A DNA stretch of 64,000 nucleotides from Paraspadella gotoi (Eukaryota; Animalia; Chaetognatha), in NCBI GenBank assembly GCA_051294375.1, contig CM119264.1, positions 29,703,182 through 29,767,181 of the forward strand, read 5' to 3'. The position numbers were made by a program, and so were the translations under genes. Under the pieces are notes generated by a model. That model saw nothing but the letters and a program-made list of their open reading frames with translations, did not search any database and had not been told where the DNA came from. This document shows, piece after piece, positions 11,831 through 25,703 of the stretch (within the stretch, counting starts at the first letter, position 1; every line of letters begins with the position of its first letter).

Positions 11831-12895
11831 TTGCGCCGCAAAGAGACAGTTAATCAGAATCTTTTCCGACGAAAAAAAAAATCGAGTTTTAGCGACGGAC
11901 GAAAAGTTAAGTAATATTTTTGTCCTCTGGTTTCGGATTATTTCGCGATGAGCGACGAAGCAGAAACCAATTGGTTTTGCAGATGATTATTAACGATTTA
12001 AGCGACGGGAAAATGGGAATCGCGTTCATGTCAAGATTGTCTGATTGGTTGAAATGCAATATTGTCTGGCAAGTTGGATGTCGATGAATCTTTGATTCTC
12101 CACATCTTTACGATGATTTTCTTCTCACAACAAATAAACTGTTCTTCCTTATTTTGTTTTGTTTTGTAAAGAAAACGGATCAATGACCCGAGACTCAGGG
12201 TCAAAAGTTTATTCTCCTTAGATTCTTTTTTCTGTATCTGATCCAAAGCGACATAGGCAATCCCTCAACAGCTCGTCGTCGGCGGAGAAGAAGAAAGAGT
12301 CCGTAATCGAAGAAATCCCCTAATGGAGTAATTTCACGGAATAATACTTTTAATAATAATAAAATATAATACTAAAAAAATATCTGACAATGAATAACAA
12401 AGTGCATATGATAATATTTAAACGGTGAAAGAAAATTGTAATTATAAATAAAATTGATTCAATTTTAATTAAATAGGTTTAATTAATTTTAATTTTAATT
12501 AAAATGGGTAAATTTGGTCTATCGGCAAAATATAAACTAATGTATTATGTTAATATACAATATATACATATAATATGCAATATATTATATAGACTATATA
12601 GTTTAATAAATGTTTTAATATTATTACCTGTTGAACAAATCTTTCTTGACAGAAATTTGCGATTTCTTTTTTTTTCAATCAAAAAAAAAAGTAGCGCGTC
12701 CTTAAATCGAGACGGCGTCTTTTGCTAACCGTTGTCGTTTTGACTCACAAAGCGGCGTCGTGGAACTAAATCGAGCGCCTTGACGAATGAGCGGCTCGAA
12801 AACAAGAACGTCTAAGAGGATCAGGCGGCGCCGCGACGCACGAACGACGATGACGACGACGCTCTCTCATCTCTCTCTTCTCTCTCTCTTCTCTC

Positions 12896-12941
<46 letters not shown>

Positions 12942-13043
12942 CCTCTCTCTCTCCTCACGCGCGCTCTTTTGTCAGCATGACTCCAAAGTCGCGCGTCGCA
13001 ACAAGAGAACAAGAAAAGGACCCAGGCGCCGCCAACGATGGAA

Positions 13044-13080
<37 letters not shown>

Positions 13081-13547
13081 GGAAGAAGATATGACGAGGA
13101 AGTCGTCAGTTGAAATTACGCGAAACAAAAGAAGGAACGAACGAAAAAAGACAAAAGAACAAAGAAAAAACAATGGCATGACAACAAGTTTTAACGACAA
13201 AAGAACAGCAAGATATCACAGAGATTACTAGTTTGAACTAAGTTGTCTATCTGAGTTAGGATTTTAAGTGAAAACTTGGATAAACTAAATTGTTTATAAT
13301 TGATTATATATTCTATATACATTTTTCGATATTAATTTATAGTTAATATAATATTTATTATACAAATATTATTATTAAAAGAGGACAGTTTACGTAATCG
13401 TAGCTCTACAAGAAACTCCAAAAATATAAATATTCAAGAAAGATAAACACAAATCCAAACGGATTTCCTATCCTAAAGTTACTCCCTCTCCCCTCTCCTC
13501 TCTCTCTGCTCTCTCTCTCATCTGTTCTCTCTCGTCTCTCTCTCTCA

Positions 13548-13597
<50 letters not shown>

Positions 13598-13793
13598 ATC
13601 TTTTACTAAAAAAATTAACAATAAGAAATAGAAAAGTATCACTAGCAATATTATCGTCGTCGTGATTACAAAGTGAGTCTCTCTCTCTCTCTCTCTCTTC
13701 CTCTCTCATCTCTCTCTACTCTCTCCTCTCTCTCTCTCTCTCTCATTCGTCNNNNNNNNNNNNNNNNNNNNNNNNNTCTCTCTCTCTATTCAG

Positions 13794-14018
13794 CTTCCAA
13801 AATCTTTCCATCTTTCTCTAAAACGCGTTTGTCTCTTAAATCTGAGACGAACGCATCAAGAAAATTAAATCCTTTTATCTCGATATCACGACGATATATA
13901 TCGCTGACACGGGTGGCGTTTGGCGACGTCGGCTGGCGGCGGCGGCTGCGGCGGCGGCTGGGGCTGGCGGCGACGGCTGCCGACGGCTGGCAAGATCGAT
14001 ATTGAGCGTGGGATCGAG
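13794..14018 (+). CDS. Candidate exon of an unidentified plus-strand gene (Ala/Gly-rich)
   Basis: Pyrimidine tract plus TATTCAG acceptor at 13793 and GAG|GTGAGT donor at 14018 around a block with a GC-rich 3' half. No homology recognised. Confidence 0.3.
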
Positions 14019-14196
14019 GTGAGTTTGAGTAAGTTCATTGCCTCCGCGGCGATCGTTTCAGATACCAATACAATTTAAAAATATATTTCCAGAAGACAAC
14101 ACTGACCTCCCCTTCCCAAATTGAGTTATAAGATATCATGATAGGTAAAATTGTTTTTAAGAATGAAAGCAATATATATTTGATTAAATAATACAT

Positions 14197-14238
14197 GAAT
14201 GGATAATTTTTGGTTAATAATTGGTTGTACCAATTTCA
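14197..14238. mobile_element. Terminal fragment of the 8917-9706 MITE family
   Basis: GAATGGATAATTTT...ATTGGTTGTACCAATTTCA followed by TA. Confidence 0.6.
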
Positions 14239-14598
14239 TAGATTAAATACTAATTCCTTCATAAAATATAAAAATAGAAATTAGTGAAACAAGTAATTTG
14301 AAAATTTTCATATATATAAAATAAAACTCAGAATGTAGAAAACAAAAATGAATTTATAATTCAAAAATGATGTATAATTATGAAATAAAAAAACCGATCT
14401 GCCTCGGAAGACACGATTAACGATTACCATTTCCTCTGATTAATATCCGCATCTCTCTCTCTCTCTCTCTCTAAGAGAGAGATTCTCTCTCTCTCTCTCT
14501 CCCTCGAAACCCGAATCGAGAGAGTGAGCGTGAAACCGTGATGGCGCGACATTTCTCGCCTCTCGTCTCACAGTCCTACTTCCGGTCCACCCGGAGCC

Positions 14599-14649
<51 letters not shown>

Positions 14650-14783
14650 AACAATCTTTTCCATCAACAAAAATCCCTTTATTCGAAGTAAATGAATTTT
14701 GGACGCGAAAGAAAAAATGGGAAGAAATTATGGTCGCGTTTGTCCACACGTAAAAAAATTGCCTTCGTCTATGTGTGTGTTGT

Positions 14784-15752
14784 TAGGGGCGTTGAAAAAT
14801 AACGATATACAAATCAAGTGAGGTACATAAGCTATTTAGTGTAAAAAAGTCGTAGAATTTGATGATGATACCATTTTTGTATAGTCTCATATCTTCTTTG
14901 TCGAAATGGCCGATTTTTGGCCAGCATAAAGGTGCTAATTAAAATGGAGCACATTGTAGAGTATAAAGAAACTCAAATTATCTAAGATTTTATAAAAAGC
15001 ATATTTAAACTTACGATAATATAAAATAAAGACCGCATATAAATATTTTGGTAAGTTTATTACAAATTTTATATTTTATTAATAGGTTTGTTAGCTGTAA
15101 TTTATTAATAAATAATAATAAAAAAATAAGCTAAAGTGAAAAAATAAAAATTTAAAATTTTAAAACCAGATTTGAATTCCTTTAAAAAAGTTGAATAGAA
15201 AATATAATCCATTTTAAAAATTCTTCATAAGTTAGGTTAAAATATAACAACTATTATTTTTGTTTAATTTTTCAATTTTGGGCTTAAAATTATAGTTTTC
15301 TGAAATTTGACCTTAAATGACATAATTTTTGATTTAAAAATTATTCTTATATCAAACTTTTTGCAAAGAAATGCAAATCCATGAAAAAATCTTTGAAAAT
15401 TATTATTTTTTAACTTTAGCCCAATTTTTACTCATAATTATTATAAATATAGTTAACTAACTTTTTATAAAACATAAAATTAGAATAAACTTACCAAAAT
15501 ATTTTTATTAATCTTATTTTATATTTCAAAACTCATATAAATTATAAAATTTATAATAATTGATTATCATAACTTACTACATGGTCTAATAAACTTTATA
15601 TACAATTAAAACAACCTTTTATTTTCGACAAGAAAGATAAAATTATACAAAAAAATGGTCACACAACCACGAATTCTACAGACTACATTACACAAAAATA
15701 GCTATGTACCTCACTATGATTTGTTATATTTTGTTATTTTTCAAACGCTCTG
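14784..15752. mobile_element. ~970-bp foldback element / near-complete imperfect palindrome
   Basis: Left arm TAGGGGCGTTGAAAAATAAC..GTGAGGTACATAAGCTA..AATATTTTGGTAAGTTTATT..GCTAAAGT pairs with the reverse complement of the right arm (..ACTTTAGC..AATAAACTTACCAAAATATT..TAGCTATGTACCTCAC..GTTATTTTTCAAACGCTCTG). Centre near 15270; no ORF. Confidence 0.8.
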
Positions 15753-15775
15753 TTGTGTGTATGAGAGAAAGAGAA

Positions 15776-15857
<82 letters not shown>

Positions 15858-16599
15858 GGGAGAGAGCAGAGAGAGTAGAGAGAGAGAGAGAGAGAGAGCC
15901 AAAAAGGCCCGGGAATTCAGTTTATTTGCCTCAGTTGATGCATAAAAACGCTAATCTAACATAAGAAATGCAGACCACAGCAAATATTAAACGTTATAGT
16001 TGATGCGGGAATGTTTAACAGTTCAACTGTTTAAATAAATTCCACATTTTTATAATATAATAATTGTTTTTTATTGCAAATTAAGACAATTTTGATTTTT
16101 CTATTATTTCTTCATTTTTCTAGAGTTCAATCGCCACATTTTAAACCGAACCGGCTACAATCTAGTTGAGTCAAGCCCACAAAAAAATACCACGCACCTC
16201 TGTAACCCCACCACAAACACACAAATCACACATATACTTCGACCCACATTAAATCCGTCCCGTAACAAAAATAAACGTCACGCAACCGATTTCGGTCCGG
16301 TTCGCCCCGTACAGATGATCCGCCGCTCCGGCCGCGTTCATTTTTTCTTTTTATTGTTTTTAATTTTAGTTTTATTTATAATTTATTTTTTATTAAAACC
16401 CTCAATTCTATTCCTTCTTTTTAGGGCGTCGTTTTCAACCTTCGTCGTCCCATTCGGTTTTTCGCTGTCGAGCTATTTTCCATTTCTTTTTTCTTTTGTT
16501 CGTTCTGGATTCTTCCATTTTTTTTCTCTTGAAAAATAAAAGATGGTTTTAAAAAAGCGTCGAAATGGTGGGAAGGGACAAGAAAAAAGGGAAAAGAAA

Positions 16600-16648
16600 G
16601 AAAGAAAGAAAGAAAAGAAAGAAACAAATATAAAAATAATAAATATAA

Positions 16649-16684
<36 letters not shown>

Positions 16685-16849
16685 AAATAAAATAAAATAA
16701 ATATAATAAATAAATAAATACAGAATAATACAGAAATAAATAAATATAAATATAAATAAATAAATATAATAAATAAATTAAATAAATAAATAAAAATAAA
16801 TAAATATAAATATAAATAAATAAATATAAAGAAAGAAAGAAGAAGAAAA

Positions 16850-16905
<56 letters not shown>
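16600..16905. repeat. (AAAT)n/(AAAG)n microsatellite
   Basis: Direct reading. Confidence 0.9.
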
Positions 16906-16907
<2 letters not shown>

Positions 16908-17208
16908 ATGAAAAGAAAACTTAACACAGAAACATATCACACTCGAACGAAATTTAAAGAAATAGAATAGCGCCGTCTTTAGCCCCGGGCTCAGTTTCTC
17001 GAGCACCGGGGCGAGTGGCAGGGGGGCGGTCTTGTCAGTGGGCGTGGCTTCTTCTCTTTCGGAAACGTTTTTTTGTTTCGCTCGCGAACTTCGCGAACGA
17101 AAAAGTCGGCGACTGAAAGGTGAGAAATTAGGGAAGGATCACGATTCACCGATTCACGATTCACACGATGATGATGATGATGATGGATGATCATGATGAT
17201 GATGATGA

Positions 17209-17243
<35 letters not shown>

Positions 17244-20200
17244 TATGATGAGTCGAGACTGACAGTCGCAATATATGAATGAAATTTTTTAGATTGAATT
17301 AAGAAGAGAAGAGTTTAAAAATATATTTAAATTGTAGGAAAATGTTTTGATATAACTACTTTGACGTTTAATTCCAATGATTGATACAATTTTTTTGATT
17401 GATTTAGAATTATTTTTTGTTTTTTTTTTCATTTATTTTTTATTTTATTGTTTCTATCTTTTTTTTTAATTTATTTTTTTATTTATTTTTTTTTTTTTGT
17501 GATTGATATAAGTCGATTACTTCATTTACTACTAGCTACTTGATTCATATTATATTGATTGAATTATTAGCCGAACTCAGATATTGATTTAATTGTCCCC
17601 ACGATCCACGATTTCACGAATCGCAATCCCGACTTTCATGAAAAAAAAGAAAAATATTGGACTTTCTGGATCCCGTCGCCATCTTGGATTCGACCTCATC
17701 GCTCGAACCCTTTTTTCGACATAAGAAATTCTCCGCAGAGGGAAGGACGAGGGCGGGGGGCGGCTGGGGGAGGGCGTGCCCATCCAATCAGAGGAAATCG
17801 AGACTCTGTTTCCTCGAATCAGGCTGTGGACCAACTGTGGGGACGAGAAAACGATCCGTGTGGACAATTCCGAGTGGGTATTGTCGAGTGTGGTTCGATT
17901 CGTCGGGAGGGCCCAACACCCTGGGAAGAGGGGTCGATCCTTGTTGGCCTGCGGACAGTGGTCATTCTCACGAAGACAGTGGGGACAGGAGGCAAATCCG
18001 TGTGGACAACTGTGAGGAAGAAGGGTCGATTAACGTGTGGGCCTTGCGGACCTGTGGGGTCCGATCCCACGTGGACAGTGAAGACAAGAAGGCAAAATCC
18101 GTGTGGACAACTGTGAGAAAGAGGCGTCGATATCCACGTGGGACGGAGAGTCGACCCCGCGAAGGCATTTAGGAATTTAGTCCCCGCGTATTTAGTCCGT
18201 TAGGTCGAAAGGTTCATTCTTCTGGGAATCAAAAACCTTTTTTCTTCTTTATGGTTTTCTCGGTGGATCAAGACAATTCTTTCTCTCTCTCTTCTCATCC
18301 CTCTCTCTTCTCTCTCTCTCTCCTCTCTCTTCTCTCTCTCTCTCTCTCTCCTCTCCTATTCTTTCTTTCTCAGATGGAAGATTTTGTGAATTGCGTCGTT
18401 GGTTTTGGATTTTGTGGAAAACAATCGACGTTCATTTGAGGTCATTTCTTAAAATGGGACTTGGAAGATCATTGTCCCTCCTCCTTTTTCTTCATTTTTT
18501 TTCTCTCTTCAAAAAAAGCATCCTTGTACTTAAATTTTTCTTTCTTATCGACTTTTCAATTTTGATGATGAAATTTAGTTCCGTCAATTCTGTGGCCGAA
18601 TTTGAGAATATCGAAATCCTCATTTTCTCAAGATTATCACGGATGGACTAATGGAATGTGTCAAGGGAAAAAGAAAGACATGACGAAAACGCGTAACGAC
18701 GACGACGACGCGACGACGACGACCGACAAGCTGATACGACGACGACTTCAGAGTAAAAAGAAAAATTAGGAAAATGATAAACGTGACGGGATATGACACA
18801 AAAAATTTCAATTTTAAAAGATGAAACATTAATGACCAAAAGAAAAAAAGTTCATATTGATATAAATAATGGCTGTGAGGCGGAAGACTTAAACCCGCCA
18901 CAAGCTGTCTGTCGTTGCAAGCCAAAAAATAGCCAATTTGGTCTTTGAAACTTACAAAGGTCAAAAACGAAAACGCGTATAAGAAAAACAAACACAAAAC
19001 AAAACAATAAAGAGAAAACAAAATTTCTAAAAATCTTGGAAGTTTAGTCCGAACGCATCGCGCGAACAAATATAGACTTTTGCGATAAAATTGTTTTTGT
19101 TTTTTTGTTGTTTTTTTATTTTTTCTTTGTTTTGAATAGTTTTTCCCATTCATTTTTCGTTTACTTAAGTCTTAACAAAATAATATGGAAATTTGTTTGT
19201 TTTTTTGTTGGTTTTATTTATTTTTCCCATTAGAAACTTTGTTGTTTTCTTTTCAGACCAATAAGGAATAAAAGTCACGTGTCTCCAAAAGTGACCAGTG
19301 GTATTTTCACCGAACGATAAAATTCCACCGTCATAAAAAATGACAATTATGGTGTTGAGGCTCGGAGACGAAAGAGCGCGCGCGCGCCGGCCCAGAGAAG
19401 AGAGAGAGGAGAGAGAGAGAGAAGAGAGAGAAGAGAGAGCAGAGAGAGAGAAGAGAGTAGAAAGAGAGAGAGAGAGAGAAATATTCGTGGCCAAACCTCC
19501 ACGAAAAGGGCGGGGTTTCAGCACAAGTTCCCCGGCGCGTGAACTTTGGCGGCGTGCCAATTAGCGTCTAATGCTCATTAGTCCATAATGCCAGTGGCCG
19601 TGAATGCCATTAGCGTAAAACTTAACGCCCTTCACAATAATACTCTGCTTTTCAATTCTGCCTAAAAAAAAAACGCGTTTTGTAAAAATTGTCCACCAAT
19701 GTATTCGCAGAAAATATAATTAATTTATATTTGTATTCGTAAAATGTTTTGAAATTTGATAAAACGTTTCTATGTTGAACAGCAGATTGGAAAACATTAA
19801 CATTTGATAATCGTGAAAGAACGAATTGAAAAGTGTCTCTTGGGCGAAGAATTGAAATAAACGAATTGAAAAAAATGTGGTCCCTCCTCTGTTGAATGAA
19901 TTGAAATTAAAACGAATGAAAAAAGTGGTCTCCTCTGTCGATATGATTTGAAATTAAACGAATTGAAAAAAGTGTCTCCTCGTCGATGAATTGAAAATTA
20001 AAACGAAATGAAAAAAAAAGTGCTCTCCTCTGTTGAATGAATGAAATTAAACGAAATTGAAAAAAGTGTCTCCTCTGTCAAATTAATTGAAATTAAACCG
20101 AATTGAAAAAGTTGTCACCATCTGTCGAATGAAAGGTTAGGTCCCTTTTATTTCTTCGTTGACGGCCGAAAAAATTGATTCGATCTTCGGAACCTAACAT

Positions 20201-20517
20201 CTCTTTCTGCTCGACTAATGAATCAATCGTTTGTTTTCAATTGTTACTGCTAATGGCTCCAAACTGTCCAACATTCCCTAACCATGTCTAATAGTGCGAC
20301 CAACTTCTATTCTCACGCCATGCCCACTTCTCAACGCATGTCTCATATGTCAATTGTTCCATGTCCAACGACGGACCTCACCTGTCGTCCAAAGAGACGT
20401 CCAATCTCCAACCAGATTCAAAGTTGTTTGTCATTGTGCTTTTGACCCAGAATGTCTCTCTCTCTCTCTCCCTCCTCTCTCCTCTCTCTCTCTTCTCTCT
20501 CTCTCTATCTCTCCTCT

Positions 20518-20550
<33 letters not shown>

Positions 20551-23500
20551 TTTCTCTCTCATCTATCTCCTCTTCTCTCTCTTCGCTCTCTCTCTCCTCT
20601 CTCGGCTTTAAACAAAGCAATCCATTCCGGCCGCGTTCCGACGAGCGAGTACCTAGCGGGACCGGACACGAACACCTGGCGTGCCTGCCAATCTTACGGC
20701 GTAACGTGCGAATCTCTGGCGCGCGTGTTAAAAACAACCGTTCCGCGACCTTGCCCGCGTCCGGCGGTTAATTACCGCGAACGCTGAGCAATCCCTCGCG
20801 GAATCCGCGAGACCGAAATAAAGAGAGGAGAAGGCCGTGGCGGTGAGGCCGGCGAGGCGGTTAGGCCGGTCGTGGCGGCGGCGTGGCAGCAGCCCCGGCG
20901 ATAGCGGTTAAGCGCGAGTTAGGCGAAATGCCTCCGGATTCCCCAGTTGCCGTCTCGGTCGGGACGCGCATAGAGTGGAGAGGAAGACACCAGCCCGGGC
21001 GGTTAAAAGGGGGGGGCGGAGGGGGGCGGAGGGGGTATTTCGAAGGGGGGCAGACCGTGGGGGGGCGGAAGGAGAGAAAGAAGGTGGGGAGAAGGAAAAG
21101 GGTGGTCGTGGGCGTGGCGGCGTCAAAGTGGGGTCGTCACGATTTCAACGCGAAGTTGCGAAAGAGAAACGCGCAGACGAGCGAAGATGCGATCCGTGAA
21201 TTCCACGAGTTCACCTTTTGTGGCGTTGGCGTAACGGTTGGGGCGTTCATGTTGATGTTGGCGTCTTGTTGGCGTGGTGTCTTGCGTGGGGTTCAGCCAG
21301 TCTGATCAGCGGATGAAATTTTATTGGCCGTTTTCTAGCAGTGGGGTTTGCTTTGACTTGGCGTAAGCGTTCTTGAATGAAGTTTAAGTTCTAATTTGGC
21401 GTCGTAGTTTGTATTGACGTATCTTGCTAGCGTTGCTTCTTCTTGTTGGGTTAACGTTGGCGCCAGAAGAACAGAAACGCCGATGTATGAAGTGAATAAC
21501 AGAAGAGATAGGTAGAGAAATTTAAGCCTCGAGGGCCTGCCTAATCTGCGTGCGTCTGTAAACGTGAGATAGACAGGTGCAGCTTGGTGCGCTCGAAATA
21601 ATACCTCCGCGTTTCTTCTTCGACAGAAAAAAAGAATTAAAAAAACGGAGGTAAATAAAAATTTAATAAAAATAGAAATTCGCATCGGTTCTGAAAAATG
21701 GAGCGGAAGAGAGACGCGGTCTGCGGGAAGAGAAAACGTCGTAAATTGGAAACCGTCAAACCTTTAGGCTTATTCTCCTAAACGCCCCCGTTTCGTCTTA
21801 AATTCAGAAATAATGATACTTTAAGATTTTAAAAAGATTAAACAGAGGAAGTAGTGAGTAAGGTTAAGAGATTAGGTTAGTAATTAGGGTTAGGTGTCAA
21901 GGTGGGGACCTCTGGTTAAGCGGTTAAAGGGTTAAAGTCAAAGTTAATAGATTCAGGGTTAAAGGTTTAGTTTAAGGTTAAAGATTCCAAGGGGTTAAAG
22001 GTTCAACCAGTAGTTGGGCAATGCCCGACTACAAACCTGTTCTCGACATCTGACCACTATTCTGTCTTCACCACTTTGTTTGGAAAACTTTTACCGCTCT
22101 CTCTCTCTTTCTCTCTCTCTCCTCTCTCTCTCTCTCCACACTCTTCTTTTACACACACAAAATTTATTATTGAAATTGTTATATTGCGATGAGGCCAGAA
22201 GTTAAACAAGCCAAACAATGTCCAATATTAATCAAAAATCGTTGTTAAAATTCAAAATTGTTTTGCTTTCTCTTGATACCAAAATAAACAAAAAAAAAGA
22301 AAGGAATTATCGCATCAGGTTAAAGGTTTAAAGTTTAAAGGTTAAAGATTCAGGGTTAAAGGTTAAAGGTTTAAAGTTTAAGGTTTAAGATTCAGGGTTA
22401 AGGTTAAAGATTAAAGTTTAAGTTAAAGTCAGGGTTAAAAGGTTTAAAGATTTAAAGGTTAAAGTTAAAGATTCAGGGTAACAAGTAAAGATTAAAGTTA
22501 AGGTTAAAGATTCAGGGTTAAAGTTTTTATAAGGTTGAAGAATACGGATTTGATTAGATTTAGGTTTTGGGTTAAGAATTAAGTTATAATTCACATAGTG
22601 ATTTAAGTAAATATTAGGGATAGACAATAATTCCCTATAAAAAATTTAAAAACATAAAAATAAAGGAACAAGAAAAGAATGGGCACTTTTTTGGAAAAGA
22701 GAGTCAAACTTTACATTTTTTGACGCGTCGAAGCAGAAAGAAGAATTTTCGAAAGCCACAAAGAAATAAAACGATTTTTTTTTCTTTTTTATATTCGATT
22801 TTCCATTTGAAGGAAAATCTTCTTTTTTCTTGGGGGGGAAGGAGGAGGGAAGAAGGGGGTTGCGATTTGTCTTTCCGTTGCCAAGCGACGGGAAGAGAAT
22901 TACGTCGAGAGTCTTTATGTCATTGTGACTTTAGTTCGAAGGATCAGTGAAGAAAATTTTAAAAAAGCTCGGTTCGCCAGATCGTTTAAGCTCAACATAA
23001 AAGTTTAAATTCTTTTGACATTATTACTTTAAGGCCGCAATCGTCTAAAAGACATCAGCCTACAACTTAGGCTAAGAATTAGGCTAAGTGGTCTTCATCA
23101 TTAAAAAAAAATATATATTTTGTGGCCGGGCACGCGCATAATTGAGTTTTCAGCCATTTAGATATTATGAGTTTCTCATGTTACGATCCAACTTGCAAAT
23201 GATATCGTTTATAAACTAGAGCAGAAAGTAATCTTACCTTTGCGTTGTGTAGAATGCTCTCTCCTATTTTCCAAGAGAAACACTAACATCCCTCCAATAA
23301 TAAATTCGAATTTGGTACATTCTCGCTATTTCAAAATCGAGTTCAGCCTATGGGTTCCACCCTTCCCTCGGTCAAGCGGGTGAGGATTAAACTTTTCCCA
23401 ACGCCTTAACCTATTTTGCAATGAGTCTTTCGGATGGCGAAAACTATTTAACTTGATTTAGAAAATTAAAATCATTCTATATAAATAATCGAAATCTTGA

Positions 23501-23869
23501 AATAAAAAAAAGAAACCGGCGATTCACCTCCATTCTCATTCTCGCCAATCTGATTGGTCGTCGCTCCGAACTCGACGCCCTGTTTGCGGTCCGTACCTAG
23601 GTTTCCTTATTCGGCGCCATGACGTCGATTCTCGGACTCGAACTTTTCTTTTTTCGGGGCGACGGAGACTGAGCAACCCCGGGACCTAAGAATTTGAATG
23701 AATGAATGAATGAATGAATGAATGATGAATGAATGAATGAATGATGAATGATGAATGAATGAATGAAATGAATGAATGAAATGAAAGAATGAATGAATGA
23801 AATAAATAAATAAATAAATAATAAATAAAATAAATAAATAATAAATATATAAATAAATAAAAAAAAAAA

Positions 23870-23905
<36 letters not shown>

Positions 23906-23911
23906 AAATAA

Positions 23912-23942
<31 letters not shown>

Positions 23943-24028
23943 ATTAAATAAACTATATAAATAAATAAATAAATAATAAATAAATAAATAAATAGAATAA
24001 ATAAAAATAAATAGATAAATAAATAAAA

Positions 24029-24063
<35 letters not shown>

Positions 24064-25703
24064 AATAAAATAAATAAATAAATATATTAATTAATTAATT
24101 AATCATTAAAGTAAATAAATAAATGAATGAATGAAGTAATAATAAAATGAATTTACTAGCTGATCTCCTATTTAGTAAATTGAAGTAAACTAGTTTACGT
24201 TAACAATTTCAATACCAATATCTACAAGTCACAACCCGTCACAACAAGATTTACAAAATAATTATTTTGAAGCTTTTTCTAAGGCCTTACCACTTAGCCT
24301 CACTCGAGAGCTTAATTCATGGCCTTACCCATCGACTTGCAGTGGGTGAGTCTCTCCCGAATCGATATTCTGCTGTGAAGAGAATGCCGAATGCTGTCGC
24401 GGCCGATTCCGCTGCGTATAGCCATTGTAAATAAATTTTACATATTAATTGTATTTAATAAACATATATGAATTGATATAATAATGTATTCAATTTTTTT
24501 TCGCGCATTTAATGGCTAACCTAATGTACAAACTTAGTCCATTTAAAATTTTTAATAAGCGGAATCAGTCGTTGCTATTTTGTCAATAATCTTAGTTGTT
24601 TTTTATTTCAAAAGAGTTTGCAGCGACGTAGTTCAAAGGCCGGAAGGTTGAAATTATTCAACAAAGGAACAAGCGTCTTTTCAGAAATAAAAATAATCTC
24701 CATGTTTCCATGAAACTTTAAGGGCCATCAATGTGAGTTATTATTGAACTTTTTTTCATTGTAATCAAGTAAAGATTGGTAAAAAATCGATTTTAAACGT
24801 CGCTCTTAAAAATTGTAGTAGTAATACTAAATGTCGCTAAATAATCGAAGTTTTAATGTTTATGATTTGAAAAAATAACAAAAAAATAATAAAAAGTAAA
24901 ATTAAAGTCCTAACTGATATTCTAGTGATAGACTTCGAGAAACTATTTAGAATATATCTTATTTAACTCTCTTTAATAATTTTTTTCAAACACTGCCGCT
25001 ATCGTAATTATTTACCTACGTATCTATCTAATAAAAAATTATAATAAGAATTTAGAAAAGTTATTCAAAAGAACAAATAGTTTGGGAATTTTAATTTTAG
25101 TAAAAATAGGAAATGACTATTAAACTATGGCGCGAGAGTTCGGTAAATATCATACAACCATCCACCGAAGTTCATCAAGGTTATCATATAACAATGGCAT
25201 ACAATTGCATTAGCAACTTTTAGGTGTCTTTTGTACGCATACACACACTCGACACATCAAAGTAATATATTTCAAGGATATGACTTGTTTAAAAACACAA
25301 ATCGGGTATGTTTTTTTTTCTGATGAGCATTTTTAAATGGGTCAGAAATAAGCGAAAATTGTAGCCAGATGGTATGATTAAATATATTGGAGCACTTTGT
25401 ATTCGGGGCCAGTAAACCGCATTGTGCTAGAGCTTTTTCAAAAAAAACGATTAAAAAAAATGCGATGGATTGAAAAATTTAATATAAAAAAAAAGAATAA
25501 AATTTAAGCATACGAGTTTTAAAAATAAATTATACGTAAGCAATGATTTGTAATGATCAACAATCTAAATTTACTTTGGACAACTAAATCGAATAGTTCT
25601 TTGTCCCTAAAACCGCTCAAATTTCTAAGAATTAGCAAGAATTGTCCCAGTTCCTCCTCTCCTCCTCTCTGTCCTCCTGCTCCTCCTCTCCGCTCCCCAA
25701 AAT

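Larger units (their letters stand above)
1..14470. repeat. Large direct duplication, copy 1 (partner 16984-31810); may extend left of the window
   Basis: 1-2304 appears base-identical to 16984-19287 (the ORF track repeats with a +16983 offset). Beyond that the copies stay collinear to the TAATATCCGCA(CT)n junction but differ by frequent 1-2 nt indels. Confidence 0.95.
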
